This document shows positions 17,654-25,801 of a stretch of 37,436 nucleotides of DNA, one piece after another (position 1 is the stretch's first letter; every line of letters starts with the position of its first letter). Source of the DNA: a virus (lineage: Duplodnaviria > Caudoviricetes); the IMG/VR virus record IMGVR_UViG_3300020045_005078, positions 1 through 37,436 of that record, one strand, 5' to 3'. The notes beneath the pieces were generated by a model. That model was not told the origin of the DNA. It did not search any database and worked only from the letters and a program-made list of their open reading frames with translations. A program made the translations under genes and the position numbers.

Positions 17654-18062
17654 CCATAACAAGCGCACTGTCTACCTAAGAGGCCCTAGCCAGCGCGAAT
17701 ATGCCAAGCGCTTGATTGACAGCGCGCCCAATGATTGGGTTGTTAAGATCGCAGAGGAAACCCGCTCCGATGCTCAAAACAGGATGCTATGGCCTCTCAT
17801 ATCCGATCTAAGGCGGCAAGTGCGGGATTACGCGTCCTTCTCAGCCGAGGATATGAAACTACGCTACATGAACGCGCTAGGCGTTGAAATGCGGTTTCTG
17901 CCAGCCATTGAAGGCGCTGGTATGTTTCCAGTAGGGCAGCGCTCTAGTCTGCTTTCCAAAAGCCAGTTCGCCGCCCTGATTGAATTGCTTCTGATGGATG
18001 GGGCAAGGCATGGCGTGGAATGGTCGCACACGTCTCTAGCCGTTGCTGATGAATACCAATGA
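17646..18062 (+). CDS. ninB: NinB-like recombination protein
   Basis: RSDAQNRMLWPLISDL; GQRSSLLSKSQFAALIE..GVEWS. Confidence 0.8.
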   Translation: MNDHNKRTVYLRGPSQREYAKRLIDSAPNDWVVKIAEETRSDAQNRMLWPLISDLRRQVRDYASFSAEDMKLRYMNALGVEMRFLPAIEGAGMFPVGQRSSLLSKSQFAALIELLLMDGARHGVEWSHTSLAVADEYQ

Positions 18063-18105
18063 AATATGGGCGGCTAAGGTAATCCCTAGCCGCCCATATT
18101 TCATT
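18058..18105. terminator. Perfect 19-bp inverted repeat between convergent genes (probable bidirectional terminator)
   Basis: AATGAAATATGGGCGGCTA-N10-TAGCCGCCCATATTTCATT. Confidence 0.8.
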
Positions 18106-18730
18106 ACCCCACCTTCCGCGCCTCAATAATCGCGCAACCCAGCTTCCACACCGCAATGACAACTGCATTGTGATCCATCTTTTCGTTCATTGCTACGCCA
18201 TCCTTATCTAGCATGAAGTTGCCCATGCCGTTGACATAGCACTTCTCGCCGCCTGTGATGACGTCCACGTTGATAAGCCGATCCGATGGAAAGGGCAGGG
18301 GCTGCTTGGATGGCTCTGGCGTTTTTATTGCCGGATGTGGCTTGGGCGGTAGCAGTTCAACCTTGATTGGCTGATTTAGCCGCTCTGGAGCCTTGCCACA
18401 ATCAAAGATATAATTAGGCCCTATCTCACGAGCGCGCTTTTCGATATTGGCCACCAGGCCAGCAAAGCTAGGATCATGGGCCAGCTTGCGCTTGGCCTCG
18501 TGATATGAATGAATGATGGTGGAATGATCCCTGCCACCCAGCAGATAGCCGATTGTCGGATATGACAAGCTTGGCGGATTGTTCTCTTTTGCCACCAAGA
18601 TAATCGCTTGCCGTATTCTCACCAACGCAGGCTTGCGGGACTGGCCCATAATATCGCTGCGGGCTTGGCCGGTTATTTCCATCGCCGCTAAGGTGATTGC
18701 GCCGACTGCTAGAATTGTTGTGTCTGTCAT
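18104..18730 (-). CDS. DnaA domain IV (Bac_DnaA_C)-like HTH protein
   Basis: RQAIILVAKE..LSYPTIGYLLGGRDHSTIIHS. Confidence 0.82.
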   Translation of the reverse strand: MTDTTILAVGAITLAAMEITGQARSDIMGQSRKPALVRIRQAIILVAKENNPPSLSYPTIGYLLGGRDHSTIIHSYHEAKRKLAHDPSFAGLVANIEKRAREIGPNYIFDCGKAPERLNQPIKVELLPPKPHPAIKTPEPSKQPLPFPSDRLINVDVITGGEKCYVNGMGNFMLDKDGVAMNEKMDHNAVVIAVWKLGCAIIEARKVG

Positions 18731-18921
18731 GGTTGTTCCGTCCTAAGCCGGTGCGAATGCCCAGCGTTTCCGATAAGATTGCGCGCTCTCCGCGTCCAGT
18801 GTTCTGCACTACGGGGAGGCCTGCGGGCTTGGCTCTCGCATCGGCGGTAAAGCACATCCTCCACCGCCGTTAGCAGCGCTTGGCCGCTATGGGTGCGTGA
18901 TAGTTCGTGGAGCCAGTGCAT
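18727..18921 (-). CDS. Hypothetical protein
   Basis: Coupled on both sides; GGAGG upstream. Confidence 0.6.
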   Translation of the reverse strand: MHWLHELSRTHSGQALLTAVEDVLYRRCESQARRPPRSAEHWTRRARNLIGNAGHSHRLRTEQP

Positions 18922-19593
18922 TTAGGCTTCCTCCGTGCTGAGCCATGCCAAGATGCGATCTGCCGCCCGCAGGCCATTGGCAGTCAATTGCCGTTGCCAT
19001 GCGCCTTCACGCGGAGACCAGCGGAACGCAGCGCCCTTCAAGGCCGCGATGGTTTCAGCGTCCGGCTTCCCGTCAAAGAACAATTGGATGCGATCAAGGG
19101 TGGTATTATGCACCACACGAATGCCGCCGACCTCGCGCTCCTGATGCTCCGTCACCGCCGACACCTCGGCAAGCGCAGCCCGTTCGGCGCGGCGCGTCTG
19201 GCGGCTAAGCCATTCCTGCCAGCCCTTCGCGTAATCCATCAGTTCATCGAGCCGCTTGTGCTCCACATCCATCCGCTTTTGATTGCGGGTGACAGGGAAG
19301 CGGGCGGGGCCGGTAATCATCCAATTCAGGGTGCGCGATCCGGCAGACTGAAAAGCTGCCCAGCGCTTCACGGCACCAGCGATCCATTGATCCACCTGAT
19401 CGGCGGTAGCGCCAACGGCTGCAAGGTTTTTCGCAGTCTCGGCAAAGTCCGCCGCCCAACCATCAAGCGCGCCAGTGGCCAAACGTTCGGGGAGGAAAGT
19501 GCGCTGGTTAAACCAGCTTTCAAAGCGCTTGTAATCTCCGCCCACAGATTGCAGTAGGCGAGCGCGGATGTCAGTTTGATTATACTCAACCAC
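18922..19593 (-). CDS. Mobile-element protein resembling DUF3560/polyvalent-protein-associated domains
   Basis: WMITGPARFP and RIQLFFDGKPDAETIAALKGAAFRWSPREGAWQRQLT; GTG start with GGAG. Confidence 0.6.
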   Translation of the reverse strand: MVEYNQTDIRARLLQSVGGDYKRFESWFNQRTFLPERLATGALDGWAADFAETAKNLAAVGATADQVDQWIAGAVKRWAAFQSAGSRTLNWMITGPARFPVTRNQKRMDVEHKRLDELMDYAKGWQEWLSRQTRRAERAALAEVSAVTEHQEREVGGIRVVHNTTLDRIQLFFDGKPDAETIAALKGAAFRWSPREGAWQRQLTANGLRAADRILAWLSTEEA

Positions 19594-19783
19594 AAGCCTT
19601 CTCCATTTCACTCAAAGCAGCTTGCGCCCGCTCATACTTGGCCAGCGTGATTGTTTTGCCGCGCTCTAGGTCTGACAGGACTTTGCCGCCGCCTAGCACT
19701 TTGGCCGATAGGGTTGATGGGGCGCGGTTCAGCTTTTTTGCTAAAGCATGAATGCGGGCGATTAGTTGTTGGGTTTCAGTCAT
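19586..19783 (-). CDS. Cro-like small DNA-binding protein
   Basis: APSTLSAKVLGGGKVLSDLERGKTITL; first gene of a divergent operon, probably leaderless. Confidence 0.65.
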   Translation of the reverse strand: MTETQQLIARIHALAKKLNRAPSTLSAKVLGGGKVLSDLERGKTITLAKYERAQAALSEMEKACG

Positions 19784-19789
19784 GCGCAA

Positions 19790-19881
19790 TGTATGTAGCG
19801 CTTGACTAGATTGGTCAAGATAAAAATATGTCGCTTGCTACGCGATTTTGTGTTGACACGTTAAACGCTACAGCCCATAAG
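19790..19881. promoter_or_regulatory. Divergent promoters with operator-like dyads
   Basis: Minus TTGACC-N17-CATACA; plus TTGACA (19853)-N17-CATAAG; CTTGAC..GTCAAG and TGTAGCG..CGCTACA inverted repeats. Confidence 0.6.
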
Positions 19882-19930
19882 TGACGCATCAGCAACGCAC
19901 CGGCGCCGCTAGGTTTGGAGTTTTAGGGCA

Positions 19931-20119
19931 ATGATTAACCCGAACACTTTTCCCGCCAAAATGGCAGATACTGACTTGATTGACACATGGGGATGGATTG
20001 ACTCTCAGCGGGTGAAAAGTGGCCCTAGCAAAGGTTGCGTAAAATTGAGCGCTGCAAAACTTGGCGACAAGATTTTAGCAGAAGCCAGAAAGCGCGGAAT
20101 TGTAGGCAAACTGTCCTGA
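19931..20119 (+). CDS. Hypothetical early protein
   Basis: First ORF after the plus-strand promoter; GGAG upstream. Confidence 0.6.
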   Translation: MINPNTFPAKMADTDLIDTWGWIDSQRVKSGPSKGCVKLSAAKLGDKILAEARKRGIVGKLS

Positions 20120-20161
20120 GGGCATGCACTCTCCGCTTTTGCCAACAGAAAGGACAATAAC

Positions 20162-20443
20162 ATGACCCAAATCCAATCACACTTTGAAATGGAGATCGAG
20201 CGCGGGGATGACTGCTTTGACGCGGTTATCTACTACACTGCCGAGCGCCATTGGAAGGACGAAGGCATGGATCTGACCATCGACAGCGCAGAGCGTGACG
20301 GGGTGGAAATTGAATTGACCGATGCCGAGGAAGCCGCTGCACTGAGCGCCGCCAAGGGCAAGGTTGATGATGACTGGCAGGATCAATTCGATCAGGAGGC
20401 GGATTACCGCTATGATCTGGCGCGCGAAAGGGATGACCTGTAA
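20162..20443 (+). CDS. Highly acidic early protein
   Basis: AAGGA SD; about 29 D/E in 93 aa. Confidence 0.78.
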   Translation: MTQIQSHFEMEIERGDDCFDAVIYYTAERHWKDEGMDLTIDSAERDGVEIELTDAEEAAALSAAKGKVDDDWQDQFDQEADYRYDLARERDDL

Positions 20444-20613
20444 TGGCCTTTCACCACACATTCACCGAACCGCACCAGCCAGATGATGCGCATGAGGCTT
20501 ACTGGCAAGCGCATTGCGAATTGCAGCGCGCCAAGTCGGCATACGACAAGGCCCGCGAGATTGAACAGCAACGCCGCGCCGATCTGGCTGGCTGGATTAG
20601 GGAGTTGGTTTGA
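20443..20613 (+). CDS. Hypothetical protein (56 aa)
   Basis: Hand translation MAFHHTFTEPHQPDD..WIRELV; TAATG coupling. Confidence 0.65.
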   Translation: MAFHHTFTEPHQPDDAHEAYWQAHCELQRAKSAYDKAREIEQQRRADLAGWIRELV

Positions 20614-20747
20614 TGGCCATTCTAGCAATTATTGCCGCATTTTGTGGCTGGCTTGCCGTTTCGATTATCGTAGGCAGCTTGATTGGCAGGGCTGTTAGCC
20701 GGATGGCTGATGATTGTGATGATACGGATTATGAGGGCTTCTTATGA
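20613..20747 (+). CDS. Single-TM small protein with acidic tail (44 aa)
   Basis: MAILAIIAAFCGWLAVSIIVGSLIGRAV..DDCDDTDYEGFL; TGATG coupling. Confidence 0.65.
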   Translation: MAILAIIAAFCGWLAVSIIVGSLIGRAVSRMADDCDDTDYEGFL

Positions 20748-20839
20748 CCCGCCAATTCGCCGGTAATCTGGCGCTTACTGTTTTTGCCGTGTCATCCCCG
20801 TGGTGGTCGCTGGCTTTGTTGAAGTGGATTGTGATGTGA
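20744..20839 (+). CDS. Small hydrophobic peptide (31 aa)
   Basis: MTRQFAGNLALTVFAVSSPWWSLALLKWIVM; ATGA and GTGA overlaps. Confidence 0.55.
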   Translation: MTRQFAGNLALTVFAVSSPWWSLALLKWIVM

Positions 20840-21552
20840 CTGAACCTGCATTTAAGAATGAGAAATACGAAGCTACTGGCGAAACCAAGAACTGGTTTGG
20901 TATTACGCTGCACCGCATCCGCGCCGTTGCTGATATTGCAGCGCTTGGGATCACCATCGGAACTTTGGGAGGGTGGATTGAGAGCGAAAAGAATTTGCAG
21001 GTCTACGGCAATGCGTGGGTCTCCGGCAATGCGTGGGTCTCCGGCAATGCGCGGGTCTACGGCAATGCGCGGGTCTACGGCAATGCGCGGGTCTACGGCG
21101 ATGCGCATGTCTCCGGCGATGCGTGGGTCTCCGGCAATGCGCGGGTCTACGGCATGCGCGTCTCCGGCGATGCGCAGGTCTCCGGCAATGCGCGGGTCTA
21201 CGGCAATGCGTGGGTCTCCGGCAATGCGCGGGTCTACGGCGATGCGCATGTCTCCGGCAATGCGCGGGTCTACGGCGATGCGCATGTCTCCGGCGATGCG
21301 TGGGTCTCCCCGCTTAATATTATTGGCCTGCGTTGGCCTGTAACGATTGCCGATCAGGAAATGGTTATCGGCTGTCAGGCCCACCATATTGTTCGCTGGT
21401 GGGGTTTTGAAGACCGCCAGATTGAGCGCATGGATAGCCGCGCTTTGGAATTTTGGTGCGCTCACAAGGCTACGCTGCAAGCGCTATGCTCTGCCACCAA
21501 CCGGCCATTGCCCAAAGTGGAAGGGCCAGAAGCTGGCGAGGTGGTATCATGA
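20836..21552 (+). CDS. Hexapeptide-repeat (left-handed beta-helix-like) phage protein
   Basis: KYEATGETK..RIRA..GGWIESEKNL, then 17 V(Y/S)G(N/D)Ax units. Confidence 0.85.
   Translation: MTEPAFKNEKYEATGETKNWFGITLHRIRAVADIAALGITIGTLGGWIESEKNLQVYGNAWVSGNAWVSGNARVYGNARVYGNARVYGDAHVSGDAWVSGNARVYGMRVSGDAQVSGNARVYGNAWVSGNARVYGDAHVSGNARVYGDAHVSGDAWVSPLNIIGLRWPVTIADQEMVIGCQAHHIVRWWGFEDRQIERMDSRALEFWCAHKATLQALCSATNRPLPKVEGPEAGEVVS
21001..21309. repeat. 18-bp coding tandem repeat, 17 units, one shortened to 15 bp
   Basis: GTCT(A/C)CGGC(A/G)ATGCGnnn units. Confidence 0.95.
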
Positions 21553-21677
21553 ACCCCGCCCAACATTGCACCAACACCCCGCACCGCGTTAGCCCGCCTA
21601 CGTCCTGGCCCTTGCGTAATGCAGCAGGCCAGACTTGGGCAGAGGTAAAAGTTAACCAGCAGAAGAAGGAAGATTGA
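21549..21677 (+). CDS. Hypothetical protein (42 aa)
   Basis: MNPAQHC..WPLRNAAGQTWAE; ATGA overlap, GAGG SD. Confidence 0.6.
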   Translation: MNPAQHCTNTPHRVSPPTSWPLRNAAGQTWAEVKVNQQKKED

Positions 21678-21678
21678 T

Positions 21679-21954
21679 ATGTTCGGATTTGGAAACAAGA
21701 AGCTGCGGGCTGAATTGGCCGAGGCGCGGGAGTTGGCGGAAGGTTGGCAAGTTAAGGCCAACGCTACTTTCTTGAACTGGAAAGAGGCGGAACAAGACCT
21801 CGCCGCCACCAGCGCCGAACTATCCGCCATCAAGGCCGCCGATGCCGCCCGCCGTGCAAGGAAGGCTGAGACTGACAAGCTGCGCAGAGCGGGGAAGAAG
21901 GCAAAGACCGCCGCAATGGATGAACTTATCGCAAGCACGGCTGGGGAGATTTGA
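21679..21954 (+). CDS. Hypothetical coiled-coil protein
   Basis: ORF in tightly packed array; AGGA SD. Confidence 0.7.
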   Translation: MFGFGNKKLRAELAEARELAEGWQVKANATFLNWKEAEQDLAATSAELSAIKAADAARRARKAETDKLRRAGKKAKTAAMDELIASTAGEI

Positions 21955-21956
21955 GG

Positions 21957-22247
21957 ATGACACACAAGATCGAATGGGGCGGCACGGTTGGGCCTTGGAT
22001 TGTCAACTCTTATCGGGCGCAAGTCGATTGCCCAGTATTGGACAAGGATAACGACCTTTTGCCGGTTTGCCGGATGCTTTGGCCGACAAAATACCGTAGC
22101 GAAGAAGAGACTGAAACCAACGCCCGCGCAATCGCGGAGGTTCCCGCCATGGTGGCATTGCTGCGCGCGATTAACTCCCATGACAGCGATATTTCCATTC
22201 GCAGCCGATGCTTCGCAATCCTAGCCCGCCTTGATGGTGCCGCATGA
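21957..22247 (+). CDS. Hypothetical protein
   Basis: GPW..TNARAIAEVPAM pattern typical of phage early proteins. Confidence 0.7.
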   Translation: MTHKIEWGGTVGPWIVNSYRAQVDCPVLDKDNDLLPVCRMLWPTKYRSEEETETNARAIAEVPAMVALLRAINSHDSDISIRSRCFAILARLDGAA

Positions 22248-22420
22248 TCCAACAAGCCCGCATGGAATACGCCGCCACGTTTTCAGAAAGCCACACTTGG
22301 CGCGTTAGGGTGCTGCGGGGGGAGTGCGATACTTCCCCGCGCTTGCAGGAGATTTTGGCTAGGTTGGAGGCGCAAGCCAAAGCCAAGGCCAAATATGTGG
22401 AGGCAAAAGATGCCAGTTGA
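22244..22420 (+). CDS. Hypothetical protein (58 aa)
   Basis: Hand translation MIQQARMEYAATF..; ATGA overlap. Confidence 0.55.
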   Translation: MIQQARMEYAATFSESHTWRVRVLRGECDTSPRLQEILARLEAQAKAKAKYVEAKDAS

Positions 22421-22595
22421 CAAGCCCTCATGTGTCGCATACTCTGCGCACACAAGTCACGTTGATTTGATGGATAACACCGACTTGGCCGAACTTGGCA
22501 AGGCGGTTAAGCTTATCAGCGAGGGCCGCAAGATCAAGCGCAAGGTGCAGAACCGCCTACGGATGCGCGCTGCTAGAATGAAGGATAGGTTATGA
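22410..22595 (+). CDS. Hypothetical basic protein
   Basis: GGAGG SD; Arg/Lys-rich C-terminus. Confidence 0.6.
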   Translation: MPVDKPSCVAYSAHTSHVDLMDNTDLAELGKAVKLISEGRKIKRKVQNRLRMRAARMKDRL

Positions 22596-23083
22596 CGGAA
22601 CCGAATACCATGCACGTAGCATTTTCCGATATTGGCACCATCCGCAAATGGTCGACCGAGCCTTTTGTGGGCAGCGTGGAATACACCCGCCCCGACTTGG
22701 CTGACACCTACCTCTGCACAGTTTTGGCCGACATTCGCACCGTGACCGGCGTGGGTGACAAGCCGATGCTGTCCGAACTGGCGGCGGCTATTGGGGAGAG
22801 GATGGGGCAGGGGTGGTTGCCGATTGATAGCGCGCCTTATGATACGCAGGTTCGCGTCAAGGTTGGCGGAATGACGTTTGTGGCGCGGCTTATTGCAGAT
22901 GGCAGTATGTCCGATCTTGATACCGCCTGCGACCAATGGACTGCTGAAATTGACGGCGAGCATCCACCTTGCTGGTCTGGCGGCGCTTGCTGGGAAATCA
23001 ATGAGGACGAAAGCCCCAGCCTTCAACCTACAGCATGGATGCCGATCGTTCCCCCCGCCGCACCAGAGGGGGAAGGGCTGTGA
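22592..23083 (+). CDS. Hypothetical protein with DUF551-like C-terminal domain
   Basis: GWLPIDSAP..PTAWMPI. Confidence 0.7.
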   Translation: MTEPNTMHVAFSDIGTIRKWSTEPFVGSVEYTRPDLADTYLCTVLADIRTVTGVGDKPMLSELAAAIGERMGQGWLPIDSAPYDTQVRVKVGGMTFVARLIADGSMSDLDTACDQWTAEIDGEHPPCWSGGACWEINEDESPSLQPTAWMPIVPPAAPEGEGL

Positions 23084-23487
23084 GGACGTTCACAAAACTT
23101 GCTGCCGATGAAATCGAGCGGCGGCGGCTGCTGTCATTGGAAGGCATGAAGGCGCGTCAAGAAGAGGCCTTCCGAGTGAAATACCAAGAGATGTGCGACC
23201 AGTTTTATTGGAAGCATGGGCGCTGCTGCGCGGGGTGCGACCATTGGGCTAGCAGTGAGGGGTATATCGGCGAATGTGCATCTGCCCCACCAGTGAGTGG
23301 TGAGCAGGTTCTGCGGTCAATGGGGATCGAATGGAGCACTCTTTTGCCGCCGCCCGGACAGCCTTTCACAAAGCACGACCACGTTTGCGGGGCATTTAAG
23401 GACGACTTTGATTGGTCAACACTTGGAGCCGAATATCTTGCCCGCATCGGCGCTCCTGCCTCCCCACCCCAAAACGGGGGAGAGTGA
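23080..23487 (+). CDS. Cys-rich hypothetical protein
   Basis: GTG start; CCAGCDHW..GEC..HVCGAF. Confidence 0.7.
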   Translation: MRTFTKLAADEIERRRLLSLEGMKARQEEAFRVKYQEMCDQFYWKHGRCCAGCDHWASSEGYIGECASAPPVSGEQVLRSMGIEWSTLLPPPGQPFTKHDHVCGAFKDDFDWSTLGAEYLARIGAPASPPQNGGE

Positions 23488-23489
23488 GG

Positions 23490-23783
23490 ATGGGGAACTA
23501 TAGCCCACTCATGCGCAATACGCTTGACGGCTTGAGCGATGGCGCTGGAAGCCTCTACCTCAAGCTTATCGAGAAGTATCAAGGTGACGAGCGCAAGGCA
23601 TTCATTGAGGCGTGCCGATATGAAGAAAGCTGCGGCGAAGTCGTTAGCCTGATGATCAATAAGGCTTCTGAGGTCTGCGCGCAGGATGGCATTGTCGCCA
23701 CAAACCCAAACGCCAAGCATGACCTCGAAGTGTTCTTTGCAGATCGCTGGCGGAACAACTTCATGAAAGAACCCACCCCATGA
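23490..23783 (+). CDS. Hypothetical protein
   Basis: MGNYSPL; packed array. Confidence 0.65.
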   Translation: MGNYSPLMRNTLDGLSDGAGSLYLKLIEKYQGDERKAFIEACRYEESCGEVVSLMINKASEVCAQDGIVATNPNAKHDLEVFFADRWRNNFMKEPTP

Positions 23784-24001
23784 CCACCCCAGAGGAAATA
23801 GCGCGGATCGCTAAGGGGCTGAGTTCGGCTGCCAAGCGAGACATTCAGGAGAAGCGACCAGAGTGGTGCTGCTCTTGGAACGCGCAAGGGCATCAATTCC
23901 TGACAAGCCGAGGTCTGGTTGAGCATATTGCCGGAAACTGCGGAAAACTCACACCCCTCGGCCTCGCCGTCCGCACCTATCTCATGGAGAACCCCCAATG
24001 A
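23780..24001 (+). CDS. Small winged-helix-like protein
   Basis: LTSRGLVE..LTPLGLAVR. Confidence 0.65.
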   Translation: MTTPEEIARIAKGLSSAAKRDIQEKRPEWCCSWNAQGHQFLTSRGLVEHIAGNCGKLTPLGLAVRTYLMENPQ

Positions 24002-24387
24002 CCGACCTATCCAAAACCCTGCGCGAGTTGTTGGCCGAATTTGAAACTGGCTCCACGCCTGCCAAGTGCTTTGAACTGGCGAAGTTCGTTTACGATGCGC
24101 AGGACACCATCCTCACCGCGCTCGAACTGCAAGAGCGGGTGAACGCGCCGGAGACGTTCCAGATCGGCGACATGGTTGAAGTCATACCAGAAACCGCTGG
24201 CATGGATTGGCGGGGCGAGCCACCGCACTACATCACCGGCATTGACTGGCATTCTGAATATGGCGTCACTTACACCACTAGTGAAACATGGCCACCGCGT
24301 GTTGAAGGCCTGCGGAAAGGAGGGGTTGGTCTGACGGATGAATGGCTGCCAGATCAGCTGCGCGCAACCCTGAAAGGCGACCAATGA
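23998..24387 (+). CDS. Hypothetical protein with SH3/KOW-like C-terminal part
   Basis: FQIGDMVEV..ITGI..LPDQLR. Confidence 0.65.
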   Translation: MTDLSKTLRELLAEFETGSTPAKCFELAKFVYDAQDTILTALELQERVNAPETFQIGDMVEVIPETAGMDWRGEPPHYITGIDWHSEYGVTYTTSETWPPRVEGLRKGGVGLTDEWLPDQLRATLKGDQ

Positions 24388-24671
24388 CCGAAGAACAACA
24401 CGCAGAGGCTATCTTGCGGGCTGCTGGTGCGCCTGGCCTTGATGCTGGCGCAAAAGTGCTAGGCAACGCTCGACGCCAAGCCATCCTCACCGCCCTCCGA
24501 GCCTATGGCTACGAGCGGGCGGCGGATATGCGGGAGAGGGCGGCGGATAAGTTGCAGCAATGGGTGGAAGATATGCGCAAAGAAACTGGCGCTAATGACC
24601 TCTCCATCGCAAATTTTCTGGCCGCAAAGGAAGCCATCCGCGCCCTACCCCTACAGGAGCCAAAGCAATGA
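24384..24671 (+). CDS. Hypothetical protein
   Basis: MRERAA..AIRALPL; ATGA overlaps. Confidence 0.7.
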   Translation: MTEEQHAEAILRAAGAPGLDAGAKVLGNARRQAILTALRAYGYERAADMRERAADKLQQWVEDMRKETGANDLSIANFLAAKEAIRALPLQEPKQ

Positions 24672-25006
24672 CAGATCAGGTGAAAGTGACGGCGGCGGAT
24701 CGGGAGGCGGCGGCGCTTCTGGCGGAATGGTTGACGAAAGCCCAAGTTAGTTGGGGAGGTTCTGAGAGTTGGCTTCATCCCTGGTTCCCCGCCGATGTGC
24801 GTGAAGGTGCTTGGGATAACCACGACTGGGTTCAGGCTTTCGCCCGCCACCGCATCGCCTCACAAGAGCAAGCGGTTAGGGCTGCGATTGAGGCGGCTGC
24901 AAGGCTTGTACATGGCTGCATTCATCCGGACGGGGAGCCTTTTGCGTCCACACTTATCCGCTCCCTCGACCCCGCACAGATCACGAAAGGACTGAGTGAT
25001 GATTGA
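24668..25006 (+). CDS. Hypothetical protein
   Basis: VTAADREAAA..VQAFARHR; AGGAG SD. Confidence 0.7.
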   Translation: MTDQVKVTAADREAAALLAEWLTKAQVSWGGSESWLHPWFPADVREGAWDNHDWVQAFARHRIASQEQAVRAAIEAAARLVHGCIHPDGEPFASTLIRSLDPAQITKGLSDD

Positions 25007-25511
25007 TTATGATGGGCTGGTAAAAGAACTTTGGCAGGACGCGCATCATCCAATAGGGACGCAGCAGCACGTTTCGCGCATTTCCGGAGAAGCCGCCACC
25101 GCCATCGAAACCCTGCGCGCCGAGGTGGATGCGTTGCAGCAAGAGTTGGTCGATAGTGCGCCAAGCCCATATTGCGAAGTCTGTGGATCATGTGGTGATG
25201 ATGGATGCGGCTGCACACATAAATGCAAATATGCTTTTGAGCATCCAGAGGTGGCTAAGGCTATAGGCGACAACCGCGATGAGGTTGATGCCCTAAACCA
25301 AATCATTCGCGCATTTAATAACGGAATGCCCGCTATGACCTCAAAAGAGACTGCTAACGAAAATATATCATTGCGCGCCGAACTTGCCGCCACCAAGGCG
25401 AGGCTGGACGAGGCGCGGGAGGGGTTGGAGTTTTATTCTGTGCCGCCAACAGACCAGTTTGAGGGAAACCGCGCGTATAAAACTCTCGCCAAGCAGGAGC
25501 CAAGCCAATGA
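24999..25511 (+). CDS. Hypothetical protein with Cys cluster and coiled coil
   Basis: EAATAIETLRAE; CEVCGSCGDDGCGC. Confidence 0.7.
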   Translation: MIDYDGLVKELWQDAHHPIGTQQHVSRISGEAATAIETLRAEVDALQQELVDSAPSPYCEVCGSCGDDGCGCTHKCKYAFEHPEVAKAIGDNRDEVDALNQIIRAFNNGMPAMTSKETANENISLRAELAATKARLDEAREGLEFYSVPPTDQFEGNRAYKTLAKQEPSQ

Positions 25512-25801
25512 CCGCGCTGCCAGAGCCTGACATGGCGCAATTCGCGGCCAAGATGAAGCGCTACCGCAAGCAAGCCAAACTTTCGCTACAGGATGTAGCC
25601 ACAGCATCCGGCATGACCAAGAGCCATATTTGGGAACTTGAGCAAGGACGCGCACGGAACCCCACTGTTCGTGCCGTGTGGGCTGTTGCAGCGGCGTTGG
25701 GCACAAGCGCCGCCGATATGCTTGGCCTTGATCCTAACGCGACTGGGGCAGACCCATTGGCAGCAAGGTTGTCCGCTATCATTCGAGAGGCACATCTATG
25801 A
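25508..25801 (+). CDS. XRE-family HTH transcriptional regulator
   Basis: LSLQDVATASGMTKSHIWELEQGRARNPT. Confidence 0.88.
   Translation: MTALPEPDMAQFAAKMKRYRKQAKLSLQDVATASGMTKSHIWELEQGRARNPTVRAVWAVAAALGTSAADMLGLDPNATGADPLAARLSAIIREAHL

Noticed and set aside
21001-21309. Tandem repeat as a CRISPR array or DGR template/variable pair
   Set aside because: Contiguous 18-bp coding units with no spacers; no cas or reverse transcriptase gene in the window.
20695-21480. Long alternative-frame ORFs over the repeat (261, 161 and 100 aa)
   Set aside because: Open only because the repeat unit has no stop codons in those frames.
25508-25801. XRE gene as the cI immunity repressor
   Set aside because: It sits mid-array, is co-oriented, has no peptidase domain and no divergent promoter.
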